A stretch of DNA of 64,000 nucleotides. It comes from Acutalibacteraceae bacterium (GTDB lineage Bacteria; Bacillota; Clostridia; Oscillospirales; Acutalibacteraceae). How positions within the stretch are numbered: the first letter of the stretch is position 1; each line of letters starts with the position of its first letter. The stretch spans positions 1,292 through 65,291 of the forward strand of contig JAZRAI010000005.1 of NCBI GenBank assembly GCA_045634455.1, read 5' to 3'. The translations under genes and the position numbers were made by a program. A model generated the notes under the pieces. That model was not told the DNA's origin. It worked only from the letters and a program-made list of their open reading frames with translations, and made no database searches. Positions 9,508 to 17,233 of this stretch are shown piece by piece.

Positions 9508-9535
9508 TTGCAAATATTTATTTTTGTGTTATAAT
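9508..9535 (+). promoter_or_regulatory. promoter of the four-gene operon: TTGCAA-N16-TGtTATAAT (extended -10)
   Basis: -35 at 9508-9513, TG at 9527-9528, -10 at 9530-9535. Confidence 0.6.
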
Positions 9536-9555
9536 ATACAAATGGAGGGGTGTTT

Positions 9556-9810
9556 ATGGAGAATATTGATTTTGGCAATATACGTATTTCCCTTAATAGT
9601 GTAATAAAGCAGAAGAAAATAAGTAAAAATCTTTTAGCCGAGAAAGCAAATCTACAGCGTACGCAATTAAACGCATATTGTAATAATAAAATTAAAAGAC
9701 CGGATTTTGAAGTGTTATCAAGAATTTGTTATGCATTAGAATGTGACATATCTGATATTTTAAAATACACTAAACCAAACAAAGGAGAAGAATTAAATGG
9801 CAACAATTGA
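9556..9810 (+). CDS. XRE-family helix-turn-helix transcriptional regulator (84 aa)
   Basis: ISKNLLAEKANLQRTQLNAYCNNK is a typical HTH_3-type core. GGAGGGG RBS 5 nt before the ATG at 9556; the ORF-track start at 9550 is a GTG. Confidence 0.75.
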   Translation: MENIDFGNIRISLNSVIKQKKISKNLLAEKANLQRTQLNAYCNNKIKRPDFEVLSRICYALECDISDILKYTKPNKGEELNGNN

Positions 9811-10519
9811 AGTATACAATAATTATTCTTCCCTAGGCATTGTTTCTAGACCAATTACATATGGCGAAGAATTTGAAATGGTTCAGCAGTTTATTGATTT
9901 TAAAAAGAATTCTTTTAAGGAACAAACCAACAAACAATTAGCTATATTTATAGAAACAAAAATTAATGACGCTTATCCTGATGTAATATTTGCGGAATAC
10001 GATCCCTGCAAATATGAAAAATGGAATGCTTCTCGTAAAAACCTATCAACTCCTGATTTGAAGTTGTTGCATTATCTGTATGTAAATAGAGATGTCACAT
10101 CTAGAAAAATAATTAATGACTTGTCTATTCAATACAAAACATTATTACAATCGTTGGAAGCGTTACTTGACGCAGGACTTATTAGCAGATCAAATGAGTG
10201 TTGGAACATCCTTGATCGTGAAAACTTATTTGCCGTGAACAAAATAGAAGCTGTTGAGGCAAAAATAAGCAAATGGGATGCAGTTATGCAACAAGCAATA
10301 CTTAATAAGTCATTTGCTTCTGAAAGTTTTGTCTTGTCAAAGTGCAAGCGAGAGCCTAATGATGATATTGTTAAAAGAATCAGTTCTTTCGGCATTGGTA
10401 TATATTTGTTTGACGATTACCATTTTTCTCGTGTCGCAAGAGCAAAGCGTAATCGATTTCCTTCTAATTACAATTCGGTGTATTTAAATGAATGTATTGG
10501 AAAAATTTTAAACGCTTAG
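9797..10519 (+). CDS. hypothetical protein with winged-helix-like segment and PD-(D/E)xK-like motif pattern
   Basis: wHTH-like LKLLHYLYVNRDVTSRKIINDLSIQYKTLLQSLEALLDAGLISR. Nuclease-like pattern YGEEFEMV / YPDVIFAEYD / IEAVEAKISKW / QQAILN. AAAGGAGAA RBS. 14-nt overlap with the HTH gene. Confidence 0.45.
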   Translation: MATIEVYNNYSSLGIVSRPITYGEEFEMVQQFIDFKKNSFKEQTNKQLAIFIETKINDAYPDVIFAEYDPCKYEKWNASRKNLSTPDLKLLHYLYVNRDVTSRKIINDLSIQYKTLLQSLEALLDAGLISRSNECWNILDRENLFAVNKIEAVEAKISKWDAVMQQAILNKSFASESFVLSKCKREPNDDIVKRISSFGIGIYLFDDYHFSRVARAKRNRFPSNYNSVYLNECIGKILNA

Positions 10520-10529
10520 GAGGTTTAAA

Positions 10530-11366
10530 ATGATAAACGAATTATTGAAAAAGTATCCTTCGTTAAAAGTATTAAAAAAGTTCCCCGAATCAGGTCAGAA
10601 ACATGTTTTTCTTGTTAGTATTGAAGGATTTGGCATTTTAATGCTTAAAATAATTAAGAAGATGGATGAACGCATTCGGCGTGAAATTGATATTGTAAAT
10701 AACAATGATATTCCTGGTGTCCCAAAAATCAGAGAGTTCTCTTCTTTTTCATTTAATGGAGAGGAATGTTTTTACTTGTTGGAGGATTACATAGAAGGTA
10801 AAACTCTAACAGAGGTAATAAAAAGTGGATCTCTCGACTTGCCCAAGGCTATATCTTTATTTGAATATCTTCTTAATGCAGTTGTAAAACTTGAAGAACT
10901 AAAAATTGTTCATCGTGATATAAAACCTGATAATATTATTTGTGCAGATGATGGTTCTTATCATTTGATAGATTTTGGTATTGCCCGAAATTTAAATCTT
11001 TCATCGTTAACCTTAACTGTTGCTGCAGTTGGCCCACATACACCTGGATACGGAGCACCTGAATTGTTTCAATATAGCAAATTTAAAATTGATAGTCGTG
11101 CAGATTTGTTCTCTATAGGTGTGGTAATGTATGAAGCAATTATCGGCAAACATCCTTTTATTACGGGACATGAGGTAGATTTGAATGAAATATGGTATCA
11201 AACCGCTACAGTTACACCAAAGGATTGTTTGATACCGGGTGACAATGAGAAACAATTAATGGGGTTAATTCAAACTTTAATGCAAAAACCTGTAAGCAAA
11301 CGTCCCCCTAATGCACAAAGAGCTCTTCAATGGTTTAGGTTGGTTTTATCTACTATATCGATGTAA
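10530..11366 (+). CDS. stand-alone Hanks-type Ser/Thr protein kinase domain (278 aa)
   Basis: HRDIKPDNI catalytic loop, IDFGIARNL (DFG), GYGAPE (APE). No TM segment or accessory domain. GGAGG RBS. 10-nt gap to the upstream gene. Confidence 0.85.
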   Translation: MINELLKKYPSLKVLKKFPESGQKHVFLVSIEGFGILMLKIIKKMDERIRREIDIVNNNDIPGVPKIREFSSFSFNGEECFYLLEDYIEGKTLTEVIKSGSLDLPKAISLFEYLLNAVVKLEELKIVHRDIKPDNIICADDGSYHLIDFGIARNLNLSSLTLTVAAVGPHTPGYGAPELFQYSKFKIDSRADLFSIGVVMYEAIIGKHPFITGHEVDLNEIWYQTATVTPKDCLIPGDNEKQLMGLIQTLMQKPVSKRPPNAQRALQWFRLVLSTISM

Positions 11367-11382
11367 ACGGAGGTGTATATAG

Positions 11383-12594
11383 ATGGAGTTATTTCTTCAA
11401 TTTGGATATGGTATGAAAAATCTCACAATTGATCTCGCTAAAAAATGGAATGGTGCATCAGTTATTTTAAGTCCTCGTGACATGGAGCCAACACAATTGC
11501 ACAAATGGAGTAAGGAGTTTGAAAAAGCGGGAGTCGATTGTTATTTTGATCCTCAATGTTATTGCCCTAAAAGCGAATTGAAGCGATTGACTAAATACTC
11601 ATATTGGGACTGTAACTTAAATACAAATTTACAATCAAATAACACTTATGTAGAGCAAAAAATTGAAAACATCAAGCAATATAATGATATAGCAATGACG
11701 AAAGCATATATTCTTCCATGCATACTAAACAAATATGAAGATACGTGGGAGGATCGATTTGTTTTGCAGCAAAAGAGATTTATTGATGCTGCCCACAAAA
11801 CAATGAAAGATAAACCGATATATGCAACTCTTGCTTTACCTAGTGATTTTTTGATACAAAATGAAAAGATAATTGAGCCTTTTCTTAATGAAATATGTGC
11901 TTTAGATGTAGATGGTTTTTATATTGTGGCTGAAGCATTAGATAAAAAATACTTAATAGATAGTCCCATGTGGTTGTCTAATGTATTTCATTTGTGCGCA
12001 ACCCTGAAAATGGCTGGCAAAAAAGTGATATATGGATATGGTAACCATCAGATGTTGCCATTGTCATTAATTAAGGTTGATGCTATGGCATCCGGCACAT
12101 GGTTAAATGTAAGGAGTTTCACCAATAGATTTATTGATACCGATGAACAAAAGCGAAAAAGTACATGGGTGTATTATCCCGAATCTTTGTCAGAGTATAA
12201 ATTATCATTCCTTGATTGGGCATATAACACTGGATATTTGTCAACAATGAAATCTGGCGATAAATCATTCATGGATGAACACTATAACAAGTTATTTCAA
12301 ACCTCTGTTGCACCTTCTACTACAAACTTTAATGAAACAGATGCATTTAAACACTATCTTTGCTGCTTGCGTCATCAAATTGAATTATTAGATAAAAACA
12401 CTTATAGTGAAGCTTTTGAGAGCTATAGCCTTATTCTAACTACTGCAGAGCGAGAAATTGAGCGATTGGAAAAGGTAGCAATTTATGCCCAAGCTAGAAG
12501 TTTTAAGAATTTTATTGATGTAAATCGTGCGGCTATAACTCAATTGGATCGTAGTCATGGATTTGCAATTAATATGTCTTGGAATGATTTGTAA
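11383..12594 (+). CDS. hypothetical protein, 403 aa, no recognisable motif (alternating beta/alpha-looking N-terminal ~300 aa, helical tail)
   Basis: Long ORF with GGAGGTG RBS and a 16-nt gap after the kinase gene. A terminator lies about 105 nt downstream. Confidence 0.7.
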   Translation: MELFLQFGYGMKNLTIDLAKKWNGASVILSPRDMEPTQLHKWSKEFEKAGVDCYFDPQCYCPKSELKRLTKYSYWDCNLNTNLQSNNTYVEQKIENIKQYNDIAMTKAYILPCILNKYEDTWEDRFVLQQKRFIDAAHKTMKDKPIYATLALPSDFLIQNEKIIEPFLNEICALDVDGFYIVAEALDKKYLIDSPMWLSNVFHLCATLKMAGKKVIYGYGNHQMLPLSLIKVDAMASGTWLNVRSFTNRFIDTDEQKRKSTWVYYPESLSEYKLSFLDWAYNTGYLSTMKSGDKSFMDEHYNKLFQTSVAPSTTNFNETDAFKHYLCCLRHQIELLDKNTYSEAFESYSLILTTAEREIERLEKVAIYAQARSFKNFIDVNRAAITQLDRSHGFAINMSWNDL

Positions 12595-12700
12595 GTTAAA
12601 AAGGAATAGATATTTTGATTCTAAAATTGATCCTATGATATTTGAATTAAATAAACATTCCTATTAATTCAACAAAAACTTAAATAACAAATAGCATATA

Positions 12701-12737
12701 AAAGACCGGTGCACACTTCAAGGTGCTACCGGTCTTT
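12701..12737. terminator. bidirectional hairpin terminator between convergent genes
   Basis: aaagaccggtgcac / gtgc(t)accggtcttt stem with T-runs on both strands. Confidence 0.7.
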
Positions 12738-12752
12738 ATATTTCATGTATGT

Positions 12753-13655
12753 TTAATATATTCTTGTTAAGTAATAGTCAGCTTCTTGCAAACATGCACT
12801 TTTAACATTTCGAAAACCATAAAGGCTATTCTGAGTATGAAATGCGGTGGTATCAAAGGTTATATCTACATTCCACCAAGCGCTATCAAAGCAAACTCTG
12901 TTCCAAGTGTGGTGATATTGAGCGTTATCACGCTTATCGCCATCAACTACATAGCAGGGAATGTTCTGACTCCGACATAGTGCGGCAAACAGATGAGAAA
13001 AGTCATAACAGATTCCTTTTCGTGTGCTTAAGGTTTTACGAACATTGAAATACTGTATTAGAGGTTCGCAGTCATAGTCATACTCAAAATTATAAATCAT
13101 CCATTTGTATATTGCTTTTACCTTTTCTTCATCAGTATCACAATCAACACAAATTTCGTCAGCGAGTTTAACAGTGTCTGTATCCCACAAGGTTGCTTGA
13201 CCGTTTGTAAGCGAAACATCATTTTGTTCGTAGATGAAAATATATGCTGAGAAAAGCAATAACAAAATTGCAACAGATAACACCAAAACACAAATTTTCG
13301 TCAATAACCTGTCTTTACGAGTGGCGTTAGCAAAAGCAATAAAATACATAAAGACAATGCCGAGTGATATGATTGCTAATATGGGAAATACTCTACGGCA
13401 ATAAATTGCATAAGAAATATTCATACAAGCAATAAGCATCAGCGAAATATAAACCGCTGTTATCATTGCTTTTGAATTTATCTTAACCGTTAAAAACAAA
13501 GTCGGTAGAGCCGATAGTAAATAGAACACCTGTAGAGTGGGAGAAAGAACAAGAAAGTCTCTCAAGTGAAATCCCAATATTATATTATATGTAAGTGCTA
13601 TGGTAAAGAAAATAAGTCTTGATATATTAGTTTTAGGTGCTTTTTTAGTCTTCAT
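12753..13655 (-). CDS. polytopic membrane protein with C-terminal transglutaminase-like cysteine protease domain
   Basis: Several TM helices, then GICYDFSHLFAALCRSQNIPCYVVDG..HHTWNRV..WWNVDITFD (Cys-His-Asp pattern). Start moved to MKTKK (13655), downstream of AAAGGAGA. Confidence 0.7.
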   Translation of the reverse strand: MKTKKAPKTNISRLIFFTIALTYNIILGFHLRDFLVLSPTLQVFYLLSALPTLFLTVKINSKAMITAVYISLMLIACMNISYAIYCRRVFPILAIISLGIVFMYFIAFANATRKDRLLTKICVLVLSVAILLLLFSAYIFIYEQNDVSLTNGQATLWDTDTVKLADEICVDCDTDEEKVKAIYKWMIYNFEYDYDCEPLIQYFNVRKTLSTRKGICYDFSHLFAALCRSQNIPCYVVDGDKRDNAQYHHTWNRVCFDSAWWNVDITFDTTAFHTQNSLYGFRNVKSACLQEADYYLTRIY

Positions 13656-13697
13656 TTCAAAATCTCCTTTATGTACGAAATTCATTGAAACAAAGAA

Positions 13698-13732
13698 GTG
13701 GCAGTACAGAGCGACTAGCTCTGCACTGCCAC
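13698..13732 (-). terminator. hairpin between tRNA-Leu and the transglutaminase-like gene
   Basis: 15-bp stem gtggcagtacagagc / gctctgcactgccac (1 mismatch). TTCTTTGTTT follows on the minus strand. Confidence 0.55.
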
Positions 13733-13768
13733 AAACAAAGGCTATTTAACATCTTTTAAGAAAACAAC

Positions 13769-13808
13769 AAACCCGAACGTTTCACCAATCGGTAAAAGGT
13801 TCGGGTTT
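13769..13808 (-). terminator. hairpin immediately 3' of tRNA-Leu
   Basis: aaacccgaac / gttcgggttt stem. TTGTTGTTTTCTT follows on the minus strand. Confidence 0.55.
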
Positions 13809-13816
13809 GAATGCTT

Positions 13817-13903
13817 TGGTGCCGATGACCGGACTTGAACCGGTACGATATTGCTACCGAGGGATTTTAAGTCCCTTGTGTCTGCCTATTCCACCACATC
13901 GGC
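13817..13903 (-). tRNA. tRNA-Leu (anticodon UAA), encoded CCA end
   Basis: The reverse complement folds as GCCGATG/CATCGGC acceptor stem, AGGGA-CTTAAAA-TCCCT anticodon arm, long variable arm, GGTTCAAGTCCGG T-arm, then ACCA. Confidence 0.9.
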
Positions 13904-13912
13904 ATACCTAAT

Positions 13913-13941
13913 ATATTACAGTATACAAGGTATTTTGTCAA
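13913..13941 (-). promoter_or_regulatory. tRNA-Leu promoter TTGACA-N17-TAATAT
   Basis: Minus-strand -35 at 13936-13941 and -10 at 13913-13918, about 10 nt upstream of the tRNA 5' end. Confidence 0.6.
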
Positions 13942-13967
13942 GCATTTTTTCAAACTTTTAGAAAAAA

Positions 13968-14339
13968 TCATTTGCAACTGCAACAACTTTTAAAAAGCTT
14001 GTCTATCTGCAAAGATTTTTCCTCCTTTGATTTTATGAAATCTATCCTTTTCAAAAAGCTTTCAGGCAACGTTTCTGCATAAAAAGCATTCATTATGCTT
14101 CTTTCTGCTGCAATATGCAAAGTACTTCTGAGTATACCGTCTGCAAGAGGAATATCCGAAATAGGTTCAATAAAAATCACAGTTATTTTCTCGCTATCAA
14201 GATAATAAAGACTTTTACCTATTACCTCTTTACCATCAAACGCGGTAAGCACTCCCGAAAACTCGTTAAACTCAAAATTCAATTCTTTAAAAATACTTTC
14301 AATTTCACTTTTTTCTTTTAAAGGAGCTAATGTAAGCAT
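13968..14339 (-). CDS. hypothetical small protein (123 aa)
   Basis: ORF packed directly after the pseudouridine synthase gene. No motif recognised. Confidence 0.5.
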   Translation of the reverse strand: MLTLAPLKEKSEIESIFKELNFEFNEFSGVLTAFDGKEVIGKSLYYLDSEKITVIFIEPISDIPLADGILRSTLHIAAERSIMNAFYAETLPESFLKRIDFIKSKEEKSLQIDKLFKSCCSCK

Positions 14340-14340
14340 A

Positions 14341-15081
14341 CTAATTCTCCTTACTTTGTGTATTCACGTTGGTAAGATGACGCATTTCCCTTTCGTTTAA
14401 AGGACGCCACTTGCCCTGAGGTAACATACCTAATTTAACGCCCGCAATCTCAGTTCTTTTAAGGCGCAAAACATCAAGCGAAACAGCTTCACACATACGT
14501 CGGATTTGTCTGTTTCTGCCCTCGCAGATTATGAAAATAAGAACGGTGCGCTCTCCCCTTTTTTCTGCCACAAAGCAGTCACACGGAAGTGTTTTAACAC
14601 CGTCAAGCAAAATCCCTTCACGAAGCTTTATTAGCTTTTCGTCGGTTACCTCACCCTCGACCGTTACTCTATAGGTTTTATTCACATGAGCCGACGGATG
14701 AGTAAGATTATTAGCAAAATTTCCGTCATTAGTCATAATAAGCAAGCCTTCGGAATTCCTGTCAAGTCTGCCAACAGGAAAAAGCTTAACACCTGCATCC
14801 TTTACAAGGTCGCTTACACACTTACGGTCAAGCTCATCCTTTAAGGTTGTAACATAACCTCTCGGTTTATGGAGCATTATATACATTTTTGTATTCTGAG
14901 CAATAACAGTCTTACCGCTTACTGTTACTTTATCGCGCTTAGGATCCACCTTAGCACCTATCTGAGCCACTCTGCCGTTTATACGCACCTTACCTGCAAC
15001 AATTAACTCCTCCGCTTTTCTGCGAGAAGCTACACCGCTTTCAGATAAATGCTTTTGTAATCTGATTTTATTATCCTTCAT
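14341..15081 (-). CDS. rluB: pseudouridine synthase, RluB/RsuA family
   Basis: S4 domain RLQKHLSESGVASRRKAEELIVAGKVRINGR and catalytic GRLDRNSEGLLIMTNDG. Confidence 0.85.
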   Translation of the reverse strand: MKDNKIRLQKHLSESGVASRRKAEELIVAGKVRINGRVAQIGAKVDPKRDKVTVSGKTVIAQNTKMYIMLHKPRGYVTTLKDELDRKCVSDLVKDAGVKLFPVGRLDRNSEGLLIMTNDGNFANNLTHPSAHVNKTYRVTVEGEVTDEKLIKLREGILLDGVKTLPCDCFVAEKRGERTVLIFIICEGRNRQIRRMCEAVSLDVLRLKRTEIAGVKLGMLPQGKWRPLNEREMRHLTNVNTQSKEN

Positions 15082-16212
15082 CTATATCTCCCAAATTTTT
15101 AAAAAAATCTCTTTTATATTTATAGCAATAATTTCACCGAATTTTTGCTTATTTTTTACTGCTTTTATATCAGTTTTAGCGGTAATCTCCGCTTGATTTA
15201 TAACTCTATCTCCCGATTTATATAAAACCGTAGCAATTTTATCACCCTTTTTAATTGGTGCATATAAAAACCGTGGAGCTATAACCTCTGCTGAAAAGCC
15301 GTCTTTATCAAGTGCTGATATTGTATAGGTTTCTGTTTTTTCGCAAATATACTCACTTTCACCGCCGATTACGGGTATTTTACAAGACTTATTATCGGGT
15401 TTTATCTCAACGACACTAAGCCTTTCTAAGCCATAATTTAACATTTGCTTATGGTCCTGCCAATCGTTTGGTGCATTCAAGGTTACTGCAATCACATACT
15501 TTTCGTCCTTTCGTGCTGCTGTAACCAAGCATCTGCCTGACTTTTTAGTAAATCCGGTTTTTACACCTATAACCCCATCTACCGAGCCTAAGAGCTTATT
15601 ATGATTTGTAACAGTTCTTTTGTAGGGTGGATTTCCAAAGCAAAGGGTTGCCGTTTTTGTTGCGACGCATTTTGCAAAATTCTCATTTTTAAGAGCTTCA
15701 CGAGTAAGCAACGCCAAATCATAAGCGGTTGTATAATGCTCGGCACCGTCAAGCCCCGAAGGTGTTACGAAGTTTGTGTTTTTAAGACCTAATGCCTTTG
15801 CTTTTTCATTCATTTGCTTTACAAATGCATCTACCGTACCCGAAAGACTAAAAGCTATAACATTTGCCGCATCGTTACCCGAACAAAGCATCAATCCGTA
15901 TAAAAGGTCATGAAACGTTACTCTGTCTCCCGCCAAAAGTCCCATAGACGAGCCCTCTACCCGAAGCATTTCGGCAGTAACCGTTATTTCTTTGCTTAAA
16001 TCGGCTTTTTCACACAAAATAAGACCTGTCATAATTTTGGTTGTGCTTGCCATTGGAAGTCTTGTATCGGCGTTTTTTGAATAGATAATTTCACCCGTAT
16101 CACCACAAATAACAACACCTGCTTTTGCAGAAACTGACAACGCCGACGTATTTACTGAACAAACAGAAAAAAGCAAAGAGAAAAAAAGTATAAACGAAAT
16201 TATCCTTTTCAA
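15082..16212 (-). CDS. D-alanyl-D-alanine carboxypeptidase (serine type, S11)
   Basis: ASTTKIMT (SxxK), CSGND (SxN), VKTGFT (KTG). Start set at the TTG at 16212 (MKRIISF signal peptide), 7 nt after GGTGAGG. Confidence 0.85.
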   Translation of the reverse strand: MKRIISFILFFSLLFSVCSVNTSALSVSAKAGVVICGDTGEIIYSKNADTRLPMASTTKIMTGLILCEKADLSKEITVTAEMLRVEGSSMGLLAGDRVTFHDLLYGLMLCSGNDAANVIAFSLSGTVDAFVKQMNEKAKALGLKNTNFVTPSGLDGAEHYTTAYDLALLTREALKNENFAKCVATKTATLCFGNPPYKRTVTNHNKLLGSVDGVIGVKTGFTKKSGRCLVTAARKDEKYVIAVTLNAPNDWQDHKQMLNYGLERLSVVEIKPDNKSCKIPVIGGESEYICEKTETYTISALDKDGFSAEVIAPRFLYAPIKKGDKIATVLYKSGDRVINQAEITAKTDIKAVKNKQKFGEIIAINIKEIFLKIWEI

Positions 16213-16261
16213 ACACGACACCTCACCATAATTTATTTTTATTACGGCAAGGTATCATGTA

Positions 16262-16633
16262 TTACTTATTTTCTTTTTTAGGAAAAAGTTCCTTGGCTTT
16301 ATCTATAAGCTCGGGTGCCATTGAAATTGCTTTTTCAACAGTTGTAAGCTCATTATAAATTGGCAACATTTTAACCTTGCCATCATTAATTACAATAAAG
16401 GCTACGGGAACAACCGTAACGCCGGCTCCGCCACCGCCACCAAAAAGGTCTTGTCCTGTTTTTGAGGGAAAGTCGCTTCCGCCAGTGGCTAAACCGTAGG
16501 AAACACGAGATACGGGCACCATAGTAATTCCGTCAACAACAATGGGATTACCTGTTATTATATCGGCATTTATCATACCCTTTAATTTTTCCATTGTAAC
16601 ATCTAAAATTCCCTTAATATTGTTTTCACTCAT
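16262..16633 (-). CDS. ytfJ: sporulation protein YtfJ/GerW family
   Basis: ITGNPIVVDGITMVPVSRVSYG..GGGGGAGVTVVPVAFIVI. Start set at the ATG at 16633. Confidence 0.8.
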   Translation of the reverse strand: MSENNIKGILDVTMEKLKGMINADIITGNPIVVDGITMVPVSRVSYGLATGGSDFPSKTGQDLFGGGGGAGVTVVPVAFIVINDGKVKMLPIYNELTTVEKAISMAPELIDKAKELFPKKENK

Positions 16634-16637
16634 TTTA

Positions 16638-17231
16638 TTAAACCCTTTCAATAAAATTTTTATATACCTTATACGCCTTAAAGGCAGTAGCCAAAAAATA
16701 ACAAAGACTAAACCTTACTTCCCCACTAAACGAAAAATGTGGCTCGGTATTTTCAAAATCACTTTTAATATCAATTTTTTTATAACCTATATCTGCCACA
16801 GTTTCCAAAAAAGAAAGTATCGGATACGCGGCTGTGCATACAGCACCGTATTCAATAGCCGTTGTTGCTGCATCAGACGATGCCACAAGAACACAAAGCT
16901 TTATTTTTCTTATCTTAATATGTGGTATTAACGGCTTTATTACCGACAGTATTTCCTTAAAAAAGGCAAAAAATGCTTTAACTGTACCAAAAAAGCCATA
17001 TTTTTCTTTAAAGCGGGAAAATAATGATTTTGGCTTTATGCCACTTTTTTCATCCGACTTATCGTTTTTCTTAAGGATCCTCTGTTTTTCTTTATATTTA
17101 TAAACAGGTATTCCAAGAAATTTAACCTTAAACTTAAAGTCCTCAACAAAAGTTATTTCCAAACTAAAAGGCAAAATAAGAATTAAAGCTGCCAAAACCA
17201 AGACCGCTAAAATTATATAAACTGCGAGCAC
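16638..17231 (-). CDS. DUF2953/YtfI-like sporulation membrane protein
   Basis: N-terminal TM helix and position directly upstream of ytfJ, as in Bacillus ytfI-ytfJ. Confidence 0.55.
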   Translation of the reverse strand: MLAVYIILAVLVLAALILILPFSLEITFVEDFKFKVKFLGIPVYKYKEKQRILKKNDKSDEKSGIKPKSLFSRFKEKYGFFGTVKAFFAFFKEILSVIKPLIPHIKIRKIKLCVLVASSDAATTAIEYGAVCTAAYPILSFLETVADIGYKKIDIKSDFENTEPHFSFSGEVRFSLCYFLATAFKAYKVYKNFIERV

Positions 17232-17233
17232 TG

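Noticed and set aside
9556-11366. HipBA / HipBST-type toxin-antitoxin module (HTH + small protein + kinase)
   Set aside because: The kinase has classical Hanks motifs (HRD, DFG, APE) rather than the HipA fold motifs. The middle protein is 240 aa with nuclease-like motifs, unlike HipS. The resemblance is only analogous.
11383-12594. Guess that the 403-aa protein is a TGT/DpdA-like DNA-modifying TIM barrel
   Set aside because: I could not find the TGT motifs (DSGGFQ-type, zinc site CxCxxC..H). The idea rests only on a strand/helix alternation impression.
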